This document shows positions 36,365 through 50,284 of a stretch of 64,000 bases of DNA, piece by piece (the stretch's first letter is position 1; each line of letters starts with the position of its first letter). Origin of the DNA: Balanoglossus misakiensis (Eukaryota; Animalia; Hemichordata); the NCBI GenBank assembly GCA_040954595.2, contig CM082598.2:4352997-4416996 (forward strand), in the 5' to 3' direction. Under the pieces are notes generated by a model. That model made no database searches. It saw only the letters and a list, made by a program, of their open reading frames with translations, and was not told the DNA's origin. Made by a program: the position numbers and the translations under genes.

Positions 36365-38503
36365 GCTCTCTGTCACCAAATATTCACCAAACAGGACTTG
36401 GTTTGAACTTCTCGAAATGTATGCAGACCAGTGGTTAGATGCAAGTTTAATAGTACACGCATAATCTCAATTGAAATCTGTATGAATCATTGCACTGTGG
36501 AGTTTATTTAATCGATAAATTATATGACACTACCTTGTTTGAGGACACATCTGTGCCATTTTTATCATTATCATTGGGGTTTGGTCGTTTTAAAAAGTCG
36601 CTGAGCATCCGTTTTAGTTGTTATCGAAGATGTTTCTCTAAATTCCCAGGTTTTTTCTCTATCTCGTTTTAAAATTGTGTTGTTCAGCTACATAAAAAGA
36701 GTCCATTCATCAATCGTAGATATGGTGCCGCCATTTTTATGTTGATCGTCTGCATTGTTCGTTCGTGATGATAGGATATTGAAACCACGCTGTACTACCA
36801 CAGATATGCAGAAGGAAATAGGCTCGGATATCTGTTTCGGAAGTGGTGTTTCGAACACAGATTTATCAAAAATGAAACCGTTTATCGCGGTCGGTGATAT
36901 GGAGTCCAAAATTTCGACTGGAAAGTCTTTGGGTGACGACACTGACATCTTGCTCATTACCGTTTTACCGTCTATGTTTAACTCGCTGTTCTTTATGTCG
37001 TTCTGTCCGAATGAGGTACTTACACCCGGACGTGGTCACAAACACGCGTCCTGTGTTTTCTCCTTTTCCATTGTGACAAAATATCGATTTTACGATATGT
37101 GTTCACATTTTGCGTGAAATGCTTTCATGCGTGAATGACCACGAGGAGCGGGCGTTTCTAATTAGACTGGTCCACAAGGCAAAATGCTGTGATGATGGTC
37201 AGTCCGGAATTTCTAACAGACACGTTGACAACAGCGTCCGTGAAACACAATTTGTATATATTTGCCGTTTAATCCCACTAAACCCAATGTGAATGCAGTC
37301 TCTGATCTCGGTCGCATACTAGAACCGCGTTTACTCAAAGGAAATTGTACGGTTGCATAGTTCCGATCCATTTCATTGTTTGGGGGTAAATATCCAAAAG
37401 GGCGACGCGATACCTTTCAGAGACATCGCTGGAAACTGTTTCCATAGATACGCGGTCGCGGCATCGCAGTCATTGCGCCATTTTGATCCGAGGTGATTTC
37501 GCACCTGCGCACTGTGACAAAGAGCGGCGTTCGTTTACTGACAGAAACCGTGTACGACTATGTCGACTGTCATGATATCTCCGTTAAGTGAATGTTTCAT
37601 CTTCTTGGTACAGAACTAAAAATATCTGCAAGGATTATTAATACAAGCCACCTAAATTGACTACAGGTAAGACGCCAAAAATACAACGTCATACATGTAC
37701 CCCCTGTGACACTGAGATTGTACGCCGAAAGTCGTTTGCAGCATGACGTCATATGGTCAGTTCGATCACCAGTGATACACCGGACATTCCAAACAAACAG
37801 ATGCTCCATTTGAAGCAATCAAACGGTTGTGGGGGTTTTTACTATTTCACTGAACTTGTGATTTTCAAGCAATTGTAGGTGACCCGTGTTACTTGGTTTA
37901 TAGAGTGAGTGCAAGTCACTTCTGTTTGTTAGTAATTTGATTCGGCAACCGATACATTACACCCAGCATCGACAATGGCCACATTTTTCCGTCGGTATAA
38001 CGCTGCTATTTGAACGGGGGGAATAGCAAACCCATATCTTGGATTACACGGTTTACATGAAGTCAAAGAACGGGGTTAAAAGTCTATGTACTGTTCGCAT
38101 TGGTCGGTTCAAGCAGCCAATTTGTGATTTTTGGCCTGTATTATCCCTCTGTTAGGTCTGTTTGTCTTTCTGTCTGTTGGCTACTGTCTGGTCTGCCTGT
38201 CTTTTATTTTCTCTTTTTAAATATCAAATGGGTAATCAGGGATCATACGTGTACCATCAACAGTGTTTCCATGGTGTCGATCAAATCTAAAAAGCCTACA
38301 TACAATACGCAATACGTTAATCGTCAGTGTATTAAATTTCTACCTTGGTTTTTTGCTTGTTGTTATTTAATTATTCCTTTGAAGAAATTTTGAATCACGA
38401 GGCCTCACTTTCCATTCAAGCTCAGGCTAATCGAATAGCAAATCCAGCTACTGCAAATGCCTGATATATTTTTTTCTTTCTGTCTCAAGGATCTGACGTC
38501 ATC

Positions 38504-39728
38504 ATGGATTACAAGGAACGAAAGATCCTCAAGGAAGGCCTTGAGCGGTTTCAGAAGGACTTGTACGTGCATAGCGTCTTACAAGTGTTGCAGATGAGAT
38601 TGCGTTTCAAGGAGAGTGACGTCAAGAAAGTGAAGGTGCGCATGTGCTTGTACGCAAGTCAAAACCTGGAAATGGAATGATGACGCCATTTCTTGTTTAG
38701 TGTGAATTAGATTTGCAAGTGGCAATATTTAATTTACAGACATGTGTTGGTTTGTCCAATATAATTGTGTTAAGAGGACTGGGATGACAGCAAGATTACT
38801 CAAATATATTTGATCTTTTTTGCTTCGTAAACCTATGCCAGGGTTACTAGTAAGTTGGTTTGTCCAATATAATTGTGTTAAGAGGACTGGGATGACAGCA
38901 AGATTACTCAAATATATTTGATCTTTTTTGCTTCGTAAACCTATGCCAGGGTTACTAGTAACCGCGCGTAAACAAAGAGGAGTTTTATCGTCTTAACTTT
39001 ACTGTTAGTCGAGGAAGTTATCGATTGACACGGTCGTAATCGTTTCGACAATACTAATTACTGTTAGGTCCAGAGTCATCATGTGAATAGCGTGAAGCCG
39101 TAAAAATTAGGTGTTTGTCTTGTGCGCCAAACAAAGGAACGCACTTTATTGGTGGCAGTGGAATTAGTCACACGCACATTGTTTGCAATGATGTACATTG
39201 TAGCAGTTACACTACAGTGTAATACAAAGTAACAACCACGTTGTTTGCAATGATGTACATTGTAGCAGTTACACTACAGTGTAATACAAAGTAACAATCA
39301 CATTATTTGCAATGATGTACATTGTAGCAGTTACACTACAGTTTAATACAAAGTAACAACCATATTGTTTGCGATGATGTACTTTGTAGCAGTTACACTA
39401 CAGTGTAATACAAAGTTACATAGTACACACCACCACCACCACGATCATCATCATCATCATCATACATATAGCAAGAAGAGGTAGAACTTCTTTCGCATAA
39501 TTTATATGTTCTCATACCTGTTCCTTTGTCTCACAGGTATATTGCGACAACTTTCGTCAAGTCCGGGTATTATTCCATATCTTAAAAGTAAAGAGGGTTC
39601 CTTTGACAGAGTTGCGGGCGGTCCTCGAAGTCACTGGACAACGTTTTCTATCTCAATACTTACAGTCCAGAGTCGAGCTTGCTGAAGGATTGCCTATGTC
39701 TCCACGCAGACTTAATCCAAAGAGTTAG
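38504..39728 (+). CDS. CARD-only (death-fold) protein, ~107 aa; exons 38504-38635, 39537-39728; probable 5' UTR exon ending at 37666
   Basis: MDYKERKILKEGLERFQKDLYVHSVLQVLQMRLRFKESDVKKVK|VYCDNFRQVRVLFHILKVKRVPLTELRAVLEVTGQRFLSQYL.. follows the caspase-9/CED-3-type CARD pattern (MD..R..L, L.V..V...L, RQ.R.L...L, L..TGQ..L...L). The 3' end is uncertain because of a possible donor at 39724. Confidence 0.7.
38746..38961. repeat. Exact 108-bp tandem duplication in the CARD gene intron
   Basis: 38746-38853 is repeated at 38854-38961. Confidence 0.9.
39176..39420 (+). repeat. 62-bp minisatellite array 2 (~4 units)
   Basis: Same unit as array 1. Confidence 0.92.
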
Positions 39729-40180
39729 TGCAAATTTATTTCTCTATAGAAATCTTTAGCTTATACAATTTCTTTTGAAGGCTGAAGCTCCCCCCTATCA
39801 ACCCATTCACCCTCTGTCTGTCTATCTGTCTGTCTGTCTATCTATCTACCCGGTATATATCATTCACTCAGTTTTGTCACTTATAGTTTTTCATTTATAT
39901 TTTTAATTTTCAGTTTGAAAATTGGATGGCTTCACCATACGACTTAATTCCTTGTAATGGTTCAGATTGGTTTTAGAGCGCCATCACCGTTGGAGTATAA
40001 AAATCCTCTGACGCCAAAATTCCATGGCATTGGTGCTGACCGTGAAAAACTGTATTGGTAGAGACCACGTGTGAGGCAACAACTGTCTTTCCTATCGAAG
40101 TTGTTCGACAAGATTTACAACGACATAGCTAGCTGTATTTTCTTGGGTGAAAGAACTGTCAAGACAAATAGATAACCATG

Positions 40181-40247
40181 CTCGTTCCCCAGACCCTCTT
40201 TCTGGAGGGCAACGGAAGAAGCAGAGGGGTCTGGGTAACCGAGACTA
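40181..40247. repeat. Short hairpin / mini-MITE
   Basis: ctcgttccccagaccctct ... agaggggtctgggtaaccgag inverted arms. Confidence 0.55.
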
Positions 40248-41070
40248 TAACCACGTAACTTCACGGTCACTAACATAATTTGCTCCCGTTTCGACTTAAA
40301 ACGGAAGGCTGACCCAATTTGCTTCCGTTCTGACCGAGTTAGGCGGCCAAGAAAAATATTTAGAGATTTAAGTGATGTTTTTGCACGTTCAGGCCACGTT
40401 GACATTTAACCCACTTCCGATTTAAATATGGCCATATGTAGCTGCAATGATGTATCTTGGTTTGTGATGGCGCTCTTTTTTCTCGTGGCTGCTCACTGAA
40501 AATCTGTGATTGGCTAGATCTCAATTTTCCATGGTAACCTTTAACAAGACATCAGAAAATTGACCGAATTTTGAAACGTTATAATTACTCGTCATTTTAT
40601 CTTCGCGTCTGGCTTCTCGCAATTTGACCTGTAATAAATAAAGTGAGATAATACCATACTCCGATATGAGACTCTGTACACATTTCGCGAATTCCTTAGA
40701 TTTCGATTTCGTATTGGAAATCTCATCACACCAGTTGACACCAGTATCAACTGTCTGATACATTATGTTGCATGTCTTGCGTTGTGACGTCATCAAACGT
40801 CCATGATCCATCCATCCACCCATCTATCTATCCATTCCTTCATTCATTCATTCGTTCATTCTTTCATTCATCACGTCATCAGTTCTGTATGCCGGAAGTA
40901 CATTCACCAAATTATCTTAATAGACAGGAAATGACATTTGGGTCTTCCGGTGTACTTGACATTAGGTTGCTCGTAACATCCCTCCTTCAACACCTGTCAT
41001 TTACATCTTTCTTAATTCATAGAGTCTTTTAGTTAACCTGCCTGCCTGTCTTTGTCTGTATGTCTGTGCA

Positions 41071-41073
41071 TAT

Positions 41074-41148
<75 letters not shown>

Positions 41149-41149
41149 T
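41071..41149. repeat. (ATTT)n microsatellite
   Basis: Direct reading. Confidence 0.95.
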
Positions 41150-41298
41150 GCCTGCTTATCTGAATGCCTGTGACGTATTAATATTGGCCCTTATATACTA
41201 ATACAAGTATTTAGATTCTTTTTTGTTCCATGGTCTACTTCAATGTCTAACTTGTGTGCCTGCAGTCATAAGTGCGCGCGCAGAAAAGATTACCTTAA

Positions 41299-41483
41299 AG
41301 GTATACAGTCACCTCCAATTTACATACGCCCATATATGGCCGACATGGAGTATTTTAGCGTTCTAAAGAACATATGGTGGCGCTCTTTTTTTCGCGTGTG
41401 CCACCCACTGAAAATCTGTGATTGGCTAGATCGCAATTTGCCATGGTAACTATAGACAATTTTCTAAAGGTGACCGTATACCT
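41299..41483. mobile_element. TTAA-flanked MITE (Kolobok- or piggyBac-like, non-autonomous)
   Basis: TTAA|AGGTATACAGTCACCT ... AGGTGACCGTATACCT|TTAA (1 mismatch); internal sequence is also present at ~40465-40540. Confidence 0.8.
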
Positions 41484-42359
41484 TTAAACACAAAACCACA
41501 CTTCAGTTGTTTTCCTACTGTAGAATTTATACGGTTGAGTCAGGTTCGGTATGATTAAAACTCGACAAACGACGAAAACACCAAAATAGCAGATGGCTCA
41601 GCAGGGGTTCTGTCTTCCTGTATAGAAATGTCCACCACAATGAGTGTCGGAAATATAGCATATTGCTTAGTCGACACTTCTGCTGACATCCGATAGGCTA
41701 TGATCCTGATGGCTGTATCTGTTGCCAACGTGATTCATCCGCGTCAATCACTTAGCAGGGACCCTTATCTCGGTGAGAAGTTTCCATCTCTTTGAAGATA
41801 CGGTCACAAGTTTGACATGGCACCAGATGATGTCGGTTTATTGCTCAACTTTAATATTTTTTCACACAGTCTAAATCTTATAATTTTTCGCTGAAATGTT
41901 AACAATCTGTTTTGAAGATAGGATCAAAAAGAAAATTCAAAATATGACACTTTGATAGGATTTTATTTCAGTTTCGATTTACCATTCAAAAGGTATATTA
42001 TACTGACAGCGTGGGACATCAAAATTGAAAATTGAAGAAATCAAAGGTACCTCTTCTGGTACTATTAGTTCCCGTGGGCCTTTTGTGGACCATGTGTAGA
42101 TGTTCAAAATGTTATCTGGTCCATAAGGATTAAAGCTTCGCGTTGGCTTTCCAGGAATTAAGCGCTTAATCCACCGGATGTTGAGAAACACCAGATTGAC
42201 TTATGATGTGTAATCATCCCCCTTAGGTTCCCGGATGAGGTCAGTGACTTCTTCGCGAACAACAAATGAATGAAGAGGCTAGGTAACCCGACACTCACCG
42301 ATCATATACATGTTCGGTGAGCTAAGGACGCCTATATCAGCCTGGGTAATTTACATATT

Positions 42360-42775
42360 AAGGGCATGACGTCATGGTTGTTGCTTAAATAGGCCGCAAG
42401 CAGCGCTGGTTGAGAGATATAGCGTTTGTTTGTCATTTCATTGGGAAGTGAGCTGTTGCGGTCAAAACACTTTCCCCGGATCTTGATTCTCGTTTCGTTT
42501 CCCTGGGATTTCCCACTGGACCCAAATATCGCAGATTCCACGGGAGAAGCTGTCGTTTCCCCGCGTACCGAGGTTTTCTGTCTGTTCGTTGTGGCGACTA
42601 CCGTGTCCTGTGCTCGGATGTGGGCCTAGATTTTTTTCTAAGGAGAGTTTGGAGAAGACGCGGAGAGAGAGACACAGACTCGAGTAGTTGATTCAGTGCA
42701 CCAGCCTTCACACGTTCAAGGTCGAACGTGTTTTGTGACCGTGCGTGGAGCGTCGACTACATCAACAGTTTGAAG
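42360..42775 (+). promoter_or_regulatory. Probable promoter (full CRE TGACGTCA at ~42368) and non-coding exon 1 of the C11orf96-like gene
   Basis: CpG-rich stretch and a donor AAG|GTAAAA near 42775; a matching acceptor ttttccag at 46958 precedes the ORF. Confidence 0.45.
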
Positions 42776-45700
42776 GTAAAAGTACCACAGTTGTTGTTTT
42801 GCAAATTTTAAATACCAACAAACATTCAATGGCGATGATGAACTTCAATTTGCAGTTGCAAGTTAAGGTCACGTACATTTAATCTTAAATGCGTAAAACA
42901 GTAGCAAGAAGGCCCGCACTTAAAGGCGTCTCTATGTTCTCAAAAAGCCAGGAATTTCTGAAGGAAAGGTGAAAAGGTCAGTATAGCCTACATTTGTGCT
43001 GGTACTACCGTGACGACACTAGTTCTGCAACCCTACTAAACATGCAAATATGTGTTTTAGATGACATTGTTTGTTTTAAAAGTTCATTTTAGAATCAATA
43101 TTACCCGCAGTATGAGTTAACTCGTGGCCTGGGTTGCTTTTCAAATACTATAGCAGTATTTGTATGTATGCGCAGACACAACTAGCTCATCTAAGCGCAC
43201 ACTGAAGCGTCTGCGATAATTCTTTATTCCGGTGACGTGCGATCATACAGAGAATCTTGAAGTCGCTTTAAGCTATGGGTCAAAGGTTATGCGTGAGGTA
43301 CTATGCCTCCAAATAGACTACGTCACCAAACTCCTTGACATGGCTATTATATTTCTTAACGTCTTTGTCTTTGGATATAAGTGATTCGCCTGTCCCGTCG
43401 GCACAGCTATAGATTTCAGACTAAACTGCTAAACTGGAGATGTTATGTCCTATTAAAGTTTGGATATGTCTCATCAGACGGGGATTTAAGTCGATATAAT
43501 TATTTTAGCATTATTGCTATTTGTGAGATAGCGAGACTGGGATTTCTGTCTGGGGTCTGTCGGGGCGCTGATTGAAAGCCAGGGTTCAGAAAACTTTGAC
43601 TTCACTACCGATCAAATATGTCGCTGGTTTTCTCAGGATGCGGAAGATGCGCGCGAGAGAGAAGAAGGCGCGTCAATAAGCGCGCCTGCGTGACACCGTC
43701 CTCGTTGTGTACATCGGCGCTTCCCCTGTGAAAAACTCAATTGAAATAAACCTCACGTCGTGATATACTTTCAGACAGGATTATAGAAACTGAATAGCGA
43801 CGGCCTATTTGTTCTGAATTGAACTATTCATTCAATTCAGGGGAGTTAAAAGCAAAAAAAGCTGCCCGCTGTACTTAGTGCTCGCGCCTGTTGCGCATGC
43901 GACATAGGCTCACATTGAGCGTGGACAGACACGCGCATGTGCAGCACCGAAACGAAAATTGAAATTCTCTATAATTAGAAGGAGTTTAACTTAGCACAAG
44001 CCTTGAACTTTTGCTCACACCTTGGTCAAGGGCGGGCTAGACGATTCTATTCTAAAAACAATGAAAACATGTTTTTTATCTAAACATTTCAAAGAAAACA
44101 ATGTCAAACTTGTACCCGCATGGCCTCAGGAATTTCATATACCAGGCCACCAGTTTCACCATAATAATTTAGAGAAAATTATCATGATTATGTTTTTGAC
44201 AAAATAAGCGTGACTATTCAGCTTAATCATTTAGTGGCTGCTAACGTATCAGTAGAAACATTATCCTAGCCTGTGTCATACAATGTAAAGGTCCAGTATC
44301 TTTGGACAACTTGGAAGTAGTTTTGATCCGTTTATCATATGCACGTTCTTCGTGCATTCCTATACGCAGTATAGGCGTATAGGGTTTGCAGTGTTGTTGA
44401 GAAATGAGTATAGTAATTAGTAATGCGCGAAACATAATGTGTAGACTGTGTGTACGACCTTTTCCACATTTTAAGGAGTACTAACAACAGGAAGCTGTAC
44501 TTAATTGGGCGCTTCTGGTGAGTCAGACAGGCATGTGCTTTTTGAATTTCTCCCATCGAAACTTTGACAAACCAAGGCTGAGATACGGTGTTTTATGTAT
44601 GTCTACTACATTGCTTACTTGCAGAGAAATGTACAGTGTATACGAGGACATTTGTGAGTGTTTGTGGAGTGGAATGCCAAAGAAATGACCCACTGTTGAG
44701 AATCGCACTTTTCACCTTTCTTTCGAAAATATCGTTGGGTATTAGAGATATGTTGTTGTTTTTTTCTTCTAAAAATAACATCACAATTCGCATTACAAGA
44801 GATAGTGTGTGTGTTTTCGTGATATTGTCAAATTGGGTCAAGGCCCTTGACGACCTTCGCTTTGCGTTTGAAACGATGATGGCCATGTTGATTCTGTGTC
44901 GCAGGCATTTATAACTATACAACGTCATGCTGGAGTTATAGTTGACACAGACAGCTGTAAACAGGCTTCTCAGAGAGAAAATGGAATTTGATTTCTCATA
45001 ATACCTCATTCGCAGTTGTGTGCATGTGTGTCGTGTTTTCGTTTTGGAGATGTTTTCATTTTGGAGATGTTTTCGTTTTGATTTGATATATCTTCATGAA
45101 TAGGCCTAACATAGACTATAGACTTTCTTCTCGTGTTCATTTTTTGCGAACATTTCATGAATATTTTTTATCGTTTACGATGGCGGTTGTATAAACAATA
45201 ACATTGATGGTGGGTGGTGGTGGTGGTGGTGGCGGTGGTGGTGATAATGATGATGATGATCTGTGTGTTTATATAAGACGTTGTAGTATTTTATGGAATT
45301 ACGCGCTTATTTTAACAAACTGTTTTTGTTTTTGGTAAATGCGAGACAAATTTTAATGAACCTGATGGGTCGTCTGCAACCCGGAGTGTTGTGATAAGGT
45401 CACGTGACATGAGCAAATTACGGCTTGCCTTCGCGTCGGGTCTCTTTTCCCTGTTCTTATATTCCCTTTCCCAGACACATTTTGTTTTGATTGCGTGCCC
45501 TTTTTGTTGATCAGGTTGCGTGGAAATCCTCAGTAAACGACTGGTAATGTTTCAAGCGCTCGGTAACCGCTGCCCCCAGCACCAGACATCTTCAAGGGAA
45601 TGCGAGAAGCGACTTCATATCTTTCTTGCAGAAGTCGTAAAAAATAGGTTAACCAATGTCTCGTAATAAGACCACTTAGTAATGTAATCAACGTGGTCGT

Positions 45701-46418
45701 ATCGACCATACTAATACCGCTATAAAAATATTTATGACCGATGAATGACGTTCATTAAGCTATTTCTCGCCTGATTTATAAAGTGATAAAACGTGTCAGA
45801 AATAGGGCGGGCAAGTCAACTTTTTATGACGGTACGTTATGATAATGTTTCAGTTGAACCTTCCTGTCACGCTTCCGAGTCATGGACGGGTTATCTTGTT
45901 TTCAGAAAGATTTACTTCATTTCTTACAGCTTGCAAATGAGTGTCAAAGACGTGTATTTCTAAGGTTGGTCGAGTACTTTTAATGCGGTCTGCATCGCCA
46001 CTGTTGTCCGGTCCAATTTCCTAAAAAAATGTTCCGCTGTCAGATTGGATTTCTTCGTCGTTTAAAAGGCCGACTATCGTCATCTGCGCATTACATCTCG
46101 GGCCGGTACGATTCAAAATTCAACAATTTCGTCCTGCGCGCCGAGATGGCAGACGACGCATATACAGTCTCTCGTGCAATGAGTAGTATGGTATATATTT
46201 AAATGCATCACAGTTTTGAAATTCGCGCATCAAAGGGTGGCTTTGTCGGCAAGTGTAACACAGCCATGACCTTGACTTGTGTCACATGACCGTTCTTGCA
46301 GACGTGATCCTGGTATAATTATGTTCCCAGATCCTTAACTCTTTTCTCATTGGTGAACAGATTATTTGGGGCATTATGATTATTTAGGTCACACATGAAA
46401 ATATGAATAATATGCATC

Positions 46419-46420
<2 letters not shown>

Positions 46421-46510
<90 letters not shown>
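46421..46510. repeat. (GT)n/(GTAT)n microsatellite
   Basis: Direct reading. Confidence 0.95.
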
Positions 46511-47246
46511 AGTTAGTTCAGTTTGTAATAGGCCTATGTTTGTATATTTTCATGACTGTAATATATTGTATTTATAGTTTATTTTAACGTTTTCCTTTGT
46601 ACTATGTCTTTTGACTGGTGCTTGGAGTGGGTGTGGTCCTTTTACTATAATATTTGCAATTTGACACAATTAATATAATGTTTTATATTTGAAATATTTG
46701 CGCCGTATCTGCAAGGGATAATGTTTAATGCTCCTCGGTTAATTCTCAGTATCAGTCGATAGTCGACTCCTTAAAACATTCATCGGATTCTGTAGAGCTC
46801 TGTCATTTTAGTTAGGTTCAGGGTCGACGATAAATAGTTTATGTTCTGTACAGTGCACAAAACAGTTGCATGATTAATCACATTCGCTTGAATTTTTGCG
46901 AGTTTATATTGTATTATTGCTGCCTATGAATTCATGGTGTTTATTCCGATTTTTCCAGGTTCGTCTGGCCTTCGCAGCCTGTCATATGATATCCTGGAGT
47001 TGTGACCCCTGAACTTAGAGTTAACGCAGCGATCTGATCCCGGCGAGCAACAGCTCAGATTATCCGACTACGCAGCGAATTGTGAGAGTCACATGACAGG
47101 AATTCGAGGGAATTTTCCCCTTTAATCGCTTGTAATTTCCAGGAGAGGACGTCTACATTTGAGAGACGGTGTTAGCTGACGCGATTTTGTGGGATTTGCG
47201 GTGATTTTAGAGGTTGGAAAAATCGTCGCTGTTGTTGTAGAGAGGC

Positions 47247-47648
47247 ATGGCCACGGCTGAGCTGGAAACGAGTTCGCCATCGCCCGATGCGGATCTCCCT
47301 GGGCCCCATCCACTGATCTCGCCGTACGGCGAACGCTTGTCGAAGTACCACACGAAGACCGAGTACCCGAAGCCGTTCACGCCGTCGAAGAGAAAGCCCC
47401 GACGCCGGCTGGAGCGGTACAAGACGCAGCCGATCACCTTCTCGGAAATCAAGGAAGTCGACGAGGATGACAGCCTCGACAAGGACCCCAGGAGCCCCAA
47501 AAGCCCGACCGCTGAAGAGTTGAAATGCCCGCAGAGAATGGAGGCGCTGAACGCCGCTATCGCTAGAACCTTCGACAAAGCCAAACTGGGCGAGGGTGGC
47601 GTTCCCTACAGGCGGCAGCCTAGTTTAATTCGGTCCGCCGAGGTCTGA
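47247..47648 (+). CDS. C11orf96: C11orf96 (DUF4695)-like protein, 133 aa, single coding exon
   Basis: EYPKPFTPSK..RRRLERYKTQPITFSEIKEVDED matches the remembered vertebrate C11orf96 core EFPQPVRPAK..RFKTQPVTFDEIQEVEEE. GC-rich coding bias; AATAAA at ~49916 and ~49958. Confidence 0.85.
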   Translation: MATAELETSSPSPDADLPGPHPLISPYGERLSKYHTKTEYPKPFTPSKRKPRRRLERYKTQPITFSEIKEVDEDDSLDKDPRSPKSPTAEELKCPQRMEALNAAIARTFDKAKLGEGGVPYRRQPSLIRSAEV

Positions 47649-50019
47649 TTTCTTCCCGGTTAGAACGGGCGACTTTCCTACGACGGACGGACAATACTGA
47701 TGACATCAACGCCCTGCGTGTGTGGTGAGGGAGGGATTTTACAAAGCGCTGAATCTTGGAGGAAATTTCCGTGACGCAGTAGTTCACCGTTGTAAATAAA
47801 ATAGGACAGTGTGATGACGTCTGGATTTTACGTCGCCATGGAGTGAATTTAGCGGGGCGCACAAATTTCAAGCGACCAGCACGGTGCCGATGTGCGGACG
47901 AGGACTGACTCGAACCCGTAAAGCGAACAGGAGGATTTCGCGTGAACCTGTGACACGTTTTAAACACGATTGACCTCCCAGATGATTCTATATGCAATTT
48001 TATGGTGCTTCAGAACTTAGTTCCGGACTGTGATAACATCTTAGGACCTTTCCGACTTAATTTAATTTTCTTCAATACAGTGCCTTGACTGGTTTTCTTA
48101 GAATAAGCTAAGTAATTTTGGCTTGCCTTTGTAGATAGGTGTACGTGCGTTATTTTTAGCAAGAGTTCAAATGTTCACATTCGTTTAATGTGAGTTATGT
48201 TCATCACGAGGTTCTACTATTCATGGCGGAGGTTCCAATCCCTCGCAATATTTACGACATTCATTACAGGCTTCGCTTTTCGCCAGTTTTATATCAGTCT
48301 TTATTTTTTTCATTATTTTTAGCTTAAAGTTATGTTCTCGTTATTTCATTTTCCACATCGGTCAACGACTTTTCTGTAATGTTGCTAACTGTCTGATCTT
48401 GAAAGGATTTTGTTTTCTGTCACGCACGATGAAATTTTCAAATCAATGATTTCATAACTTCACGGACGTGTTGCATTCTTTAGAGAGTATGTCAGGAGAT
48501 GTCTCGTACATAAAGTATATGTTGGCCTATATCGGGTATCATTGCAAATTCTTCATATTTTGGGATCCGTTGTAAATCGGAATGTAGGGGTTTTGGGGCG
48601 AGTTTCTAGCCGTATTCTGTCCGCTTTGCTTCCAAAAACGGACAAACTGCGGCTAGATGGACACCAGACTAGGTTTGGTTGAGCCAAAGGCGGTCATTCC
48701 CGGTTTGCGGAATTTTTGTGATGTATGTCAATCACATTTCTGTGTCGTTTACCAAAAGCTGTGGTGGCCGCCATTTTGAATAAAAAAAACACAACCGAAA
48801 AACGAAACTGAGGATTTGCAGGATTACACATAATATGGATATCATCTTTACTCCCGAAATAAATATCACAACAGTAACGAGAGATATTTTAAGCGGATAG
48901 TCCTCGTATTTCATTAGATATGTGTAGAAAAAAGATATGAAAACGCATATACTTTTCGTATCCATTTTGCGTCATTAGGGCAGGGGTTTTTGTTTGCGTC
49001 AATGGGCCGATGATAGTCATCTCTGTTTCCATGGGAACGCATACACGGCCTACGTGTCGTGATACCAGCGTCCATCACGGTACTATCACGTTCGCTTTTA
49101 TTTTTAGAGGAAACGTTCGAATGAAATTGTTTTACCTCACACAAAACAGGGTATGGTAAATCGAGCGATCGTATACATGAACACCATGATTACAGAAAAT
49201 TGTCTCTTTCCCAGGTTTTTTGACCGGACACTCTGCCTGTTAGCTGGGAGATTGTTTTATCAAAGAATGTGACTTTTGACCCGAAGGTGTCATCATTATC
49301 TCAGACCTTCTCCTAGCCGTCTTGGTTTCTAATCTTGTAAATTAATTAAATGCCTCTCAGTCTGGTCGAACGGCTTCTGAATTCCTCGGTGTCACATGGT
49401 GAAGTTTTCTCGAGCGCGGAACCCGGGGATGCCCTGGGAGTGAGTAATTTGACCCTACATGTCTGGCCAACGTCGCAGAAAAATGTCTCGCCATCATGTA
49501 CCAAGACGGTCGTTAGAGGGTTATTAGCAGTAACTTATGGTTTTGTTTCCAGTATCTTTGTTCTGTATACAGTATATACCAACTGCGACAATTTCATGGT
49601 CTACTAATATAGCCTATGTGTGTAGCGGCCATTGTTATTGTCGGCAAATGAATTCTAGTCCGCACTTGAATTCATATTTTGTGCAATAACATTGCTGACT
49701 ATATACATAAGCTTGTAGATTATGTTAAAAAGCTGCATACTGGGCATTTCTTCATGGTTCGCGTATTTGATACGAAACCTATGCATGCCTAGGCCTACAT
49801 GCATGTCAGATGTGTGTGGGCTTATGTGTGCGTTGACTCATTTCTCCACTAAAAGTCCCAGTGAAATTTGTTTTTATAACCATTCTTTACACATAAATGG
49901 ACAAGATATACTGAAAATAAAATCTCGGTAATTAAAAAAAAAATGTTCTATAACGAAAATAAATTCCACAGTATCCTGTTTCGAAAGGTTTTTGAATGCT
50001 GACGTTGGCGGTGCACTGT

Positions 50020-50284
50020 AAATAGTTACTTCCGGTTATAGGGGGCGTGTCTGTTTCGATATGTTGTTTACATGTACGGACACAAATTTGACCTGAAACG
50101 CGTTTAAACGCTCACTTTCCAAGGGAATTTTCGACTGTCGCTGTTCGCCTTGTGGTCGAGATGCATCCGAGTAGGATTTGTGAGGAATTACTGGATTGGT
50201 TTCACCGTGGAGCGTGGTTTCAAGAAGTGATGTCGTCAAAATTGGCGGCGATCATGCAACAACATTTGCACGTTTCCTTATAAG
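50020..50284 (+). promoter_or_regulatory. Putative CpG-rich promoter and first exon upstream of the cryptochrome exons
   Basis: ETS-like ACTTCCGG (~50028), GC box-like GGGGGCGTGT, reverse CCAAT (ATTGG ~50195), donor AAG|GTATAG at 50284. Confidence 0.45.

Noticed and set aside
35650-37120. Minus-strand stretches that look weakly coding (MEKEKTQDACL*PRPG..., ..FIFDYVCLQALDH..)
   Set aside because: Interrupted by stops and with no recognisable family; may be a decayed gene or TE, needs BLASTx
39914-40060. Third coding exon of the CARD gene
   Set aside because: With the phase-1 donor at 39724, the available acceptors give near-immediate stops, so no consistent extension could be built
47207-47584. 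Antisense 125-aa ORF with a hydrophobic start; similar shadow ORFs over the lectin exons
   Set aside because: GC-rich antisense shadows of real coding exons
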